NCBI RefSeq assembly: GCF_009914755.1
Contig: NC_060930.1
Origin: the human T2T-CHM13v2.0 reference genome, Homo sapiens
Length of the DNA: 64,000 nt
Direction: 5' to 3' (one strand)
Shown: positions 45,066 through 64,000 of the stretch, one piece after another
How the letters are laid out: every line of letters begins with the position of its first letter
Numbering within the stretch: the stretch's first letter is position 1
Program-made: the position numbers and the translations under genes
Notes under the pieces: model-generated
Databases searched by the model: none
What the model was told of the DNA's origin: nothing
The model's input: the letters and a program-made list of their open reading frames with translations, nothing else

Positions 45066-45401
45066 ATCAGCATTGCAGCATTTCTCCCAACAAAAGGAGG
45101 AGAAACCCTGTGCCCCTGGAGGTTCTAACCAGGGCATACTACCTAATCAAACAGCTGGTTGCTTAGACAAGGTATTTTTGTTTCAACTGATCCATGGGAT
45201 TATTAGGAAGCTGACAGATTTTTAATCTTTTCTCTTTCTAGAATAAAAAGGTCACCCAACGGGTATCTAGTCCTAAGCTGATTCCTCTCTCTCTCCACTA
45301 CTTTTAATTTTTAAAAAATATTTTGTTTAAAAAATTGGTGCTTGGGTCCCACCCCCAGAGATTCTGATTTAATTAGTCTGGGGTATAGTCTGAGCACGAT
45401 A

Positions 45402-45702
<301 letters not shown>

Positions 45703-45903
45703 TCTATCAACTACTTTTAAACACCATTCCACAGGAAGTCCCTCTTGGAGAAATAAGATGGGAATGAGGACATAGTCCACAACAATATTGAGGATATTGA
45801 GGGACATCTTTGCTCAAATGACCTGCTTAGTATGGTGGGCGCTACTGGAAGGGGGTGTTAGGCTGAGCCGGCACTTTGGGTGGGTTGGGCCCAGGCTCTA
45901 CTT

Positions 45904-47346
<1,443 letters not shown>

Positions 47347-48347
47347 CTATATCACCTGCACAGAGTCACCTTTGTGCTGTCTGTGCAGCCTCCTTTCTCA
47401 CAGAGACCTGCCCATGAGGTGCTGAGTGAAATGGGGACACCCAGGAGCACCTGCAGGGAAGGCTTCTTGGCTCTAAGCCATCTTCAAATGCTCCCATAGG
47501 GTTCAGGTTATAAAGATCATTGACAGCACAAGCAGTGGGAATCCCCGTCCTGCGATCATCCCATCTTGCCTGGCTGGCCAGAACTCTGGGTGTCTTATTT
47601 ATGGACTCATGGAGGCAGGGAGCCCTGGTACCTCACTATGTGCTCTCCTCCCCCCGTTTCATCCAAGTGACATCTGGGCATCCAGGAAAGCCCTGCAGGA
47701 GATCACAGGTGCCCAGAGGACCAACTGCCATGGGGAGGAGGCTTGGAAGGAAGGAGGAGTGGCCCCCACCTATACTGTGGTGGCTGAGATCTTGACTTCT
47801 ATGGAAGGTGATGCCTCTTTCCTTAGCAGCTTCCCCAAAGTCAGAGCCCTCCCCAGGGTCAGAAGCTTACCCAGGCAGGGGCAGGGAGCAGTCCTGACCC
47901 TCTACGCTCTGGAGGGCCCCACAGAAGGGCCCAGCAGATGCAGTGGTCACACCACAAGGAGTCCACTTTCCTCCTGGAACTGGCTTGAGGAAGGAGCAGC
48001 GTGATGGGGACTGTGGCGTGTTGCAGCATTCTGCTCAGAGTCAGGGTTTCTGGGAACATGGCAGGATTTCATCTGCCGTTCCAAGAGCTAGCTCCTGGTG
48101 GGAGCATTTTCATAAGGCTTTCGCTTTTGCAGCTGATGTCACAAAAGAAACCTAAGTTCTGCCTCTGGCTGTTCGGTGGCCATCACCTAACTCCTTGGAC
48201 CCCAGGCTCTTCTTCTACATACTGAAGGTACTGACCAGGTGATGGCCCAGGCTCCTGATAGCATCACTAGCCTTGGGTAAAAAGGTACAACACATTGTTC
48301 GGAATAGCACCCACACTCGGTGCACACCCACAAAAGACCACACTGAG

Positions 48348-48592
48348 GCACGGCCACGTTATGACTTTTGAGGACCCTGGGCACTTTTGCTTCATGGGCC
48401 TCTTCCTCTATAAAAAAATATCAAAAAGCATATTTTATGATTGTGTTGGTTTAATGATGAACATATTAATAGTATATATTAAAACAACTTCTGCTTAAAA
48501 GTTTGTTTTTCTTATTTTAAGATAAAGCAAAAACATTTTGTTGTGGGCCCCAGGCAGTGTGCCTATGCCGCCTAATGAATATGTCAGCTCTG
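48348..48592. mobile_element. hAT-Tip100-like MITE
   Basis: Degenerate ca(g)ggcc...gctctg termini, subterminal ccc(t)aggcac motifs and an AT-rich core; exact family uncertain. Confidence 0.5.
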
Positions 48593-48813
48593 CGCCAAGA
48601 CATGCAAGTAGGAGACAAGAAAGGGACCCAGCTAGGAGGGGGGTCCAACCTCAGCTGACCTGGGACATTTACTTCACCTCTCTGTGCCTCAGTTTCCTCA
48701 TCTGGGGACAATAATAGTATCTACTTTGTAGAACTGATGAGAGGATTAAAATAAGATTACATATATATATGTACCTTGATTAGAATGGTGCCTGGCATAA
48801 AAAAAAATCCCTA

Positions 48814-49129
<316 letters not shown>

Positions 49130-49988
49130 TCATGCATGTTATTGTTGGTTATTGTGTTTCCTAGCCACTGTACCCCTCTATGCTCTTAACTGTTGCTGTG
49201 CAAGAAAAGTGGAGCTTCCTGCTTTTGGGGACGCCTTGCTTAGACTTCCTGGAGCAGATGTAGCTATTTTAAAGCTGCTTATTAGTATAACTTTATTTTC
49301 GTAAAATTCCTTGGCAGGCTTGCCCATGACGAATCCCCGAGGAAACCCAAGAGCTACCAGAAATATGGTGGCCTCTTCTTGACCTTCCGTGGGCGTCAAT
49401 CAGGTTGCGGTTGGAAGGGAGATGAGTCACAGGCCTGTAATCTGCCACCTGCTTTTCTCCTTCTGCTTAGCAGGTGTCAGAGCTCAGGGAATTTAGTGGG
49501 AGGCTTTGAGGCCTTTTAAAATGCATAGGCTTCTGGGATAAATTAATTTCTTAATCCCTTAACAGTCACACAAGAGGAAGGTCTGGCAGCTGGGTTTTTC
49601 AGAGGGGACAGGAACAAATGTCTGTCAGGGGTTTTACATACATTATCTTGTTTAATCTGGACAACAACCCCATATGTGGGGATTACTCTCCCCATTTTAT
49701 AAACAAACAAATGGAGGCTCAAAGGATTGGTGACCTGCCTGGAGGTCACAGCTACTCCTTTTTACTGCCCCAGAATGATAGGACCTACTAGAGGATCAAG
49801 GGCAGAGAAAAAGGAAAAAGGGAAGCCAGCCCGCCTGGGTCTGTCTTGGCCAAGGTTCATCAACTGAAATTCTTGGTGCCTCAGTTTCCCCAAGAGGGGA
49901 GGAAAGTTGGCCCAGGGATCTCATACATTCTGCTATTCTTACCCCACTCTCTGCCTAGTCAGAGCAGATGACTGATTCCTTTCCCAGC

Positions 49989-50348
49989 TGCTATGGCCTG
50001 AATGTTTATGTCCCTGACAAATGTGTATGTTGCAATCCTAACCCGCAATGGGATGGTACTAGGAAGTGGGCCTTTGGAAGGTGATGAGATCCTGAGGGTG
50101 GAGCCCTCACCAGTGGGATTAGTGCTCTTAGAAAAGAGGCCCTAGAGAGCTGCCTTGCCCCACCCACTATGTGAGGTTACAGTGAGAAGGCACCGTCTAT
50201 GAACAGAAAGTGGGCCCTCACCACACATGGAAACTGTCGGCACCTTGATCTTACTTCCGGCCCCTGGAAACATGAGAAATACGTTTCCATTGTCTATAAA
50301 CTGCCCAATCTATGGTGTTTTGTGTGAAAGCCAGAACTGACTAAGACA
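49989..50348 (+). mobile_element. MLT1A-like MaLR LTR
   Basis: tgctatggcctgaatgtttatgtccc...gactaagaca termini. Confidence 0.75.
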
Positions 50349-51015
50349 CTGTCCACCTTCTCCATAGCATTTCTCTAGTTCCTGGGAAGGACACCCACTG
50401 GCCATGCCTCCCCTCCCTGACCCCAAGACTAACAGAGCACCTTTGGGGGCAGGTGTGCAAAAAATCTTTGTAATGAGTTAAGCTCTTGTTGCTGCACTGG
50501 AAAACAGGTGACTCCATCAAAACAGCAAACTCCCAGGTAGTCATGGCAACAAAGTTGCAATGCCTTGTTCAGAATTCCACTCACACCCAGACACACACAC
50601 ATGCCAAAATAGTGCAGAGGGAGGGCCACACTAGGACTTTTGAGGATCCTGGGCACCTCTGCCTTCATGGGCCTCTTCCTCTATAAAAATGACAGAGGAG
50701 CTATTTTGTGTCCTGATTCTCCTTGCCTGCTCTTATTTTTGTAGGACAAAAAAGTTGGCAGCTGCAGGGCCTGTCTCCTTTGTGAATGTAAATGGCTTAG
50801 TCACTGGTGGGCCCTCTTTAGTCAACGGCCCTCTCCACTACTTCCTGCCCTTTTCTCCTTGGGAAAATTAGGGACTCAGGAAATGGAGTCAGATTTATGT
50901 GAGTGGGAAAATTGCACCATCTGAGGAAGCGCTGTGCCAGAGGGAGCCAGAGAGGGCAGCACATCACATCCCTGGGGCCAACCTCCCACCTGGCATCAAG
51001 GAAGAACAGTCCTAC

Positions 51016-51122
51016 CTCCGAAGGCGGGTCTCATGCTGAAGTCGTGCTCGTCCACTCTGAGAAGCTGCTGAGGCTTTCCCTTCCGGATCTTGGTCACATC
51101 AAGGTTCTTCTTATATAAGTGA
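51016..51122 (-). CDS. GABRR2: GABA-A receptor rho2, exon 2 (107 bp)
   Basis: Reverse strand reads cttcacag|TCACTTATAT...TTCGGAG|gtagg, encoding (S)HLYKKNLDVTKIRKGKPQQLLRVDEHDFSMRPAFG, the rho2 N-terminus. Phase joins exon 3. Confidence 0.95.
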
Positions 51123-51409
51123 CTGTGAAGACAAGCAAGAAACTATTTTCCATCGGCTCTTCAATGCATTGAGTGAGATGATTTGGGCTATTACTCCCTG
51201 CAAGATCTACCTGTTAGGTACCTTTTCTCCATTCTACTTCTTGGCCCAGGGGAGAAGGAGGGCTGAAGGACCCTCCACACACACGCCAGATCCTCACAGG
51301 TAGACTGACCTGAGGACCAGGTTCTTCTGGAGCCTTCTGAAAGTGGATGCCCTCCTGGGCAGGACAACATTCTACCTTGGTAAAGGCTATAATTGGATGA
51401 AAATGGTTG

Positions 51410-57301
<5,892 letters not shown>

Positions 57302-57355
57302 GAAAATGATTGTGTTGAGTACTGGAAGATCATGATTTTTTTTTTTTAATTTCTT

Positions 57356-57635
57356 GGCCGAGTGCAGTGGCTCACATCTGTATTCCTATCACTTTGGAAG
57401 GCCCAGGTAGGAGAATGGTTTGAGCCCAGGAGTTTGAGACCAGCCTGGGCAACATAGCAAGACCCCGTCCCTTTAAAAAAAAAATGTAATAACCAAGTGT
57501 GATGGCATATGCCTCTGGTCCCAGCAAATTGAGAGGCTGAGACAGAAGGATCACTTGAGCCTGGGAGGTTGAGGTTGCAGTGAGCATTCTAGCCTGAGTA
57601 ACAGAGTGAGACCCTGTGTTTAAAAAAAAAAAAAA
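57356..57635 (+). mobile_element. AluJ
   Basis: Forward Alu with A-tail. Confidence 0.8.
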
Positions 57636-59011
57636 TTCTCGTGATGTTATAAGAATGGTTTTGTGATAAATATACTTCTAAGACAAATATAGTCAAAACT
57701 TTTAAATGCTGGTTTTATCTTTGCCAAATATGATGCTCCTTACTTCAGTCCAGGTCTGCAGAACCTACCCTGGGACAAAGCCTTCCTCCTTAGAAAGACA
57801 ATTCACAGCCAGTGGAGGACAGAGTTGCTCTGACCATCCACCTAGGTGGTGCACCCAGAGCTGGAGCCCAGGACACAGCCCTGGTCAGTCCTTCCTCTAA
57901 ACCAGGTGACGGCAAAGGAGTGATTCTCTCTTCTTTCTTTCACGCTCACTCTTTCCAGATCATTTTCTTCACCACAACTGCACACTAAAGCAGTCAGATC
58001 CAAAATGTTCTAAGGCAATTGTCTGCTGACAGTTATTACTAAACAAAAAAAAAAGAGAGAGAAAAGGAAAGAAGGAAAGAGAAAAAAAGAAAAAAGATGG
58101 AAAGAAGGAAAAAGGAAAAAGGAGGAAGAGAAGGAACCTTCACACAGCCAGGCTAATCCACAGTACGTTACCTGTTCCTCATAGGCTTTTGGTTTGTGCC
58201 TGGCACTGAAGTTACTTTGTGTACATGTCTCACTTAGCCTTCTAAGAGCGTTAGGCTAGGGTTTATCTCTGTCCATTGCACTTAGCACAATGCCCGGCAT
58301 GTAGCAGGCATTCAATAAAAGGTAGCAACATGACCACACAAACAACTTCTAGGAGAAATTTAAACCAATTCCATTCTAGTACATTTGGTCAACATCATCT
58401 GTAACCCAGATGCTTCTCAGCCTTAACCACACTTTAGAATCATCTCAAGTGGCTTTTAAAAACCCTGATGCCCAGGCTGTACCCCAGAACAACCAAATTC
58501 ACCTCTCTGGGGTGAATTCCCTAGCTATTCCCATGCAATCAAGGCTAAGAATCACAGTCATTCCAAACTTAGCATTTTTAGATCTTGGAATACCTTAATG
58601 ATAATAAACTCTATGTGGCTTTGTGTTATGTTGGCTAGACCTATGATTCTCAAACTTAGCTACAGATTATAATCACCTGGGGAGATATTAAAACCAATGA
58701 TGCCTAAATCCCACCCCTAGAGATTTGAATTTGACTGGTTGGGATGGAGGTCTCAGCACTGGAAATTTATTAAAGCTCCTGGATGATTCCAAGGTAGAGC
58801 AACATTTGAGAACCGCTAGGATAAGCCTTAATCTAATGCCTTTGGCAATGTCCTGAGAGCTGCCCAGGGCACCTGTTGGTGCTGACAACTTAGTAGTAGC
58901 AAGTGAGAAACTGCTAACTCACCTGCTGAAGAAACCAGAGCCCTCAGGGCCTGTGACTGTTGTGTGCAGCATATTGAAGGTTTTTAGAAATCAATGGAGA
59001 TTTGGTTTTGA

Positions 59012-59432
<421 letters not shown>

Positions 59433-59544
59433 TGATGGTTTCCTCTCTGGAGGTTCTGATCTTGGAGGCATCCTCTTATGAAATCCTTAAGTTTCATTCC
59501 TCACCGGCTCTGCCCAGATGGCATAATTCAATGGGAGGCCTAAA

Positions 59545-59720
59545 GCTGCACTGATCAATAAAGTGGCCACTAGACACATATGGCTATTTCAATTAATGAA
59601 AGCTAAATAAATGACTGTTCGGTTTTTCCATTATACTAGCCACACATATGTGTTCGATAGCCCCATGCAGCTCGTTGCTACTGTACTGAACAGTGCAGCT
59701 ATATAATCTTTCCATTACCT
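59545..59720. mobile_element. MER3-like hAT-Charlie element
   Basis: gtggccactagacacatatggctattt...actagccacac...gaacagtgcag. Confidence 0.55.
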
Positions 59721-60829
59721 CAGTGGAGTGTGATAATAAAAAAAAATTAAATAAATAAATAACATTTCCATAATCACCAAAAGTTTTATTGTTTGGTGCT
59801 AATATAAAAGTTAGCCTGCCCACCCCAGATTCCCCTATAAGCCAGGGCTTTCCGATTTACACCCCTACTTCTAACACTGCCTGGCCCAGCTTCTCACTGC
59901 CTCAGACCTCCCAGTCATTTCCCCACCCCCTTGAGGGCTCAGGAACAACCTGCTTCTCTTTCTCTCCATTTAGTTCCTCCCATCAACCTTGAGGATGTCA
60001 ACATCCACACAGACAGTTGTCCCACACCCTGGTCACACAGTTCCCCAATTCCTAGACTCAAATTGATTTGTGCAACATATTTTTATAGAGCATCTACGTT
60101 TCTATAGAGCCCCTACTCTGTGCAGACACTGCCCGAGCCATGGGGAGGGCATATATTCACGGTCCTCACAGGGCTTCCAACCTAGTCGGGGAGGTGGACG
60201 ATAAACCAGTGGACAGATAAATCACGTGACAAAGTAGGGTAAGGAATAGAGAGCTATGGGTTGGAATAGAGGGCTGTTTAGATGAGGTGACTGGTGATTC
60301 TTCTGAGTCCTGGAGGGAGGGAGGGAGTCATGAGAGGACCTGAAGGAAGTAATTCTGAGAAAACAGCAGAGCAAATGTCCTGAGGAGAGCCTGACTTGCA
60401 TGAGGACAGCCTCCCATTTGGCAGCCATCTCACTCAGCCACTCTCACATCTGCTTTCCAAACTCACCCACCCTCTTGTCCTTCCACCCTGCTGCTGCCTT
60501 CCACATTGTCCTGCCCTATTTGCACATCCTCCAGACGTGTAGGTGGTGAGGTAACTGAGGCTCAGCAGAAGTGCCTAATGCCCCTTCTTACAGAGTCCTT
60601 TGAACCCTGCCCTCATGCCCCCTCCCCACAGCTTCCTCAGCTTCTCCCCCTTTCATGGCTCATTCCCACCAGTATTCAAACTGGATTCTAGGCTCTCCCA
60701 CCTGGAATTACAACTAAGCAGAAAACCCATCTAAACTCCACATCTTCCTCTAGCTCTCAATTCATGCAAAATGCATTGAAAGTGATGGCAATATAGGTGT
60801 GTTGGTTATATTATTTAAACATTTCCTTT

Positions 60830-61435
60830 TTTAAAAAAATGTTTAAGACATTTTTTAGAGTAATTTTAGGTTTGCAGCATAATTGAGCAGAAGGTACAGA
60901 GTTTCTATATGCCCTCTGCCCCTAAACATGCATGGCCTCCCCACTATCAGCATCCCCCCTGGGTTGGTGCATTTGTTACAATTGATAATCCTGCATTGAC
61001 ACAGCATTAGCATTAGCACCCATGCTTCTTCTTATTATTATTATTATTATTTTTAGAGACAGGGTCTTGCTCTGTTACCCAGGCTGGAGTGCAGTTGTGC
61101 AATTGTAGCTCACTGCAGCCTCAAACTCCTGGGCTCAAGTGATCCTCCCACCTCAGCCTCCTGAGCAGCTGGGGTTAACAGGCACATGCCACCGTGCCTG
61201 GCTAATCTTTTTTTTTTTTTTTTTGTAGAGACAGGGTCTCACTATGTTACTCTTGGCCTCAAGAGATCTTCTTGCTGCAGCCTCCCAAACTGCTGGGATT
61301 ACAGGCATGAGACACCATCCTCAGCCTAGTGTTGATATTCTCTGGGTTTGGACAAATGTATAATGATGTATATCCACCATTATGGTATCATATAGAATAG
61401 TTTCATTGCCCTAAAAATCCTCACTGTTCCACCTA
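60830..61435 (-). mobile_element. L1M 3' end fragment with nested Alu (61027-61328, minus strand)
   Basis: ttttagagtaattttaggttt...gcagaaggtacagag...tagtttcattgccctaaaaatcc. Confidence 0.65.
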
Positions 61436-64000
61436 AAAAAAAATTTATTTCCCCCCCAGTAAATAATTAACTCTTCCAAATAGCCATCTTCCACAGGCTG
61501 CTGGCACTGCCTCACTCCAAGCCCTCTTGCCTACTTATGCCCAACCCCTGGTCCTACAGGTGCTCTTGCTGAGGTCTGGCTTCTCCACAGCTGCAGACAG
61601 GAAGGTCCCTGCTTCTGCCAGAAACTGTGTCTTTCAGAACAAAGTACTCTGGTTTTCCTCCTACCTCTCTGACAGGCGCTTCTCCACTGCAGCATCCCCC
61701 TATTCTTCACCCCATCCCTTAAATGTCAGTGTCCCCAGGACCTTGTCCCAGCCATCTTCTCTCTCTACCCTCTCTTTGGCAGACTCACCTAAGTTGATGG
61801 CTTAAATTGTCATCAACATGCTGATGTTCTTAAATCCCTACCCTCTACTCTCAACCTTTATATCTGATTCCTAACTCAGCATCCCTAATTGAGTATCCTA
61901 TAGGCATCTGAACTCAATGCATGCATAGTTTGGTTTGGGCCGCACTCAGTTTGAAGTGGCGTAGGTTGAAGAATGAGTGAGCATTAGATGAGAAGCGGGA
62001 GGGGGTGGGGGGTGTGGTGGGAATGAATGAAGAGAATGAAGCTGCAGGGACAAGCAGAGGCCAGGCCAGGCAGAGCCTTGAGAGTCATGTTAAGAATTCT
62101 GTCTTTATCCAAAGGTAATGGGAAGACAACGAAGAGTGTTAGGCAGATGGAAGAGGAAGCTATGATAAGATTCGCTTTTAGACAAGCCTATTATAGCTTC
62201 ACAGGTCAAAGAGGAAAGTCCAATTTAACTTCCTCCCCTGTGGCTGAAATACGGGACTGTCCAGTCCCCTTAAGCCATGTGTAGTCATGGTCGGGTGCTG
62301 CCAAGGAGCTTTCACACACACACACTGATCTCTTCCTCAAGCCTTGCCTCCAGGAGTCAAGTGGGGCCAGGCCTGGGTCTCTGGGCAGTGACCGTGTGAG
62401 GTGCCACGTGCAGACGCCCATGAAAGACGCCTCCGGAAGGCAGATGAAGAGCTCAGCCCGAGGGCTTAGCAGATCATAGACATTAAACCGTAAGTGCAGC
62501 CGGCTCACTGCCCCTCTGACTCACAGGGAGTAAATCCCTCCTGGTCAGCACAGTTTTACATCCATTTAGGAAAAGGCTTAGGAGAGCGGAAGTCCCAGAA
62601 TGCCACCCACCCCAACAAGAGAGAGATTTAAATCCCACTGCCATTGAGGGCCCAGAGTTTTTTTAAGAGATCAAGCCACTAAGATCCTGAGCCTTGGGCT
62701 ATTTGTATGAGCCATATGCTCTCCATTCATCCTTTCACAGGAGATGGCCCACACAGTCTCGGCCCTCAGACCCTAGACTCCTTCCTGAGCCCCCACCCAC
62801 CCATGGCAGGGCAGCCAGGACCTTCATGGAACCTCAAACCCGGCCTTTGGGTGAGGGGTGAGGGAAGAAGAAAAATGGATCCACTATGCCTTTGGAAGCA
62901 GGGCTGATGTCACCGTGTTGTGGTTTTTTGGCAATAACAGCAACCAGGATAATCAGGTGTTCGTGGGTGCCCCTCCTCCCTGTGCAGGCCCTGAACTGCA
63001 GGACGTTAGGCAGACCTCACCCCATCTTCACATCATCCCCATGGGGAAGGGCTCACCACCCCCCTTTTCAGCTGGAGAAACGGAGGTTCAGAGAGAGCAG
63101 GAAACATGGCCACATACGCTAGATGGCGGCAGAACCAAGGTCTGAACCTGATTTTCCTGAATTCCCAACTCCTTTTCCTTTGCCAAGACCCTCAGCAGTG
63201 GATGAGGGTCACTGTGTGGCTGGAAAGCAAAGCTGCTCCTGCCTCCAGCGGAACAGAACCACAGTGCAGACCCAGGAAGGATGGCCGAGGTAGGGGTAGT
63301 GAGGAGGCAGCAGATGGGGAAGGAAGCTACAGAGGGGGCTCCACGTTGAGACCTGCAGGGGCCTGACAGTACTGTCCAGGGCACAGCCCAGAGTCAGCTC
63401 TCAAGGGAGAAGTGCCTCCCTTGGCAAGAAAGAAGGGCAATCGTGTGGTCAGGAGGCCAACTTTGGCAGCAGGCCAGGAGGAGTAGGAATAAAGTTGGAA
63501 GGCTGAGAGCTGGGAGAACAGAACAAAACCAATAACAGCCAAGAGGAAACAGACTCACTCTGCAGCCATTTAGTACACAGAGACACAAAGCAGCAGAAAA
63601 TAGGGGCTGGTCTTTGTAAAAGCAGCTGCTGGGCGGAATCATTGTTCTGTGTGCATGCCTTGGCTGGGGTGAGGCAGGGAAGGCTTCCAGGTTCAAAGAA
63701 GTCTTCACAGTGTGCATGTGTGAGGGTGACCATGTGCATAGTGTGTGCCCGTGAAGTCACATATGTGGCATGCGGTATGTGTGTGAGTGTGACCGTGTGT
63801 GTGAACAGGACTTCTAAGAAAAGGAGCAATCCTAAAGAGAGAAAGCACTCTAAGACTGTAATCAGAAGGGGTCTGGTCATTTTCTTATTTGTTCGTATAG
63901 CTTGACACCTGCGTGTCAATAATGAAAGTAATTTGGAAAAATAAATTGTCAGAGGCTTGGCTGAAATGTTCACAAGGAGGCGTCACCCTGTTGACTGTCT

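Noticed and set aside
49535-49558. TAATCC plus aaattaattt as a retinal OTX2/CRX/VSX2 enhancer
   Set aside because: Short motifs expected by chance, and no conservation or chromatin data are available here.
63700-63805. TG-rich alternating purine-pyrimidine tract (also 30637-30700 and 33360-33420)
   Set aside because: Degenerate dinucleotide microsatellites; Z-DNA potential is generic and unsupported.

Overview
Human (or very closely related primate) genomic DNA covering most of GABRR2, the GABA-A rho2 (GABA-C) receptor subunit, on the minus strand. Coding exons 2-9 are present with GT-AG boundaries and consistent phases, followed by a ~3.2-kb 3' UTR ending at a likely AATAAA (5762-5767). Exon 1 (signal peptide) is not in the window and should lie beyond the right edge. 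Intron 1 carries a full-length processed beta-III-tubulin pseudogene (TUBB3P1) inserted with a 16-bp TSD into an older L1PA element. The rest is typical repeat-rich intron and intergenic DNA (about 30 Alus, L1, MaLR/ERV LTRs, DNA transposons). I found no new multi-gene system. The most unusual structures are: a 43-bp-arm near-perfect hairpin in intron 7 that I cannot assign to a repeat family; a unique 23-bp segment repeated ~3 kb apart at a broken-Alu junction; a quasi-palindromic 31-bp AT-rich minisatellite; two Alu-tail fold-back micro-hairpins at junctions; and two coding differences from the canonical protein as I recall it (R352, M430). Repeat subfamily names and reference-protein comparisons are from memory and need RepeatMasker/BLAST confirmation. 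Repeat boundaries are approximate.
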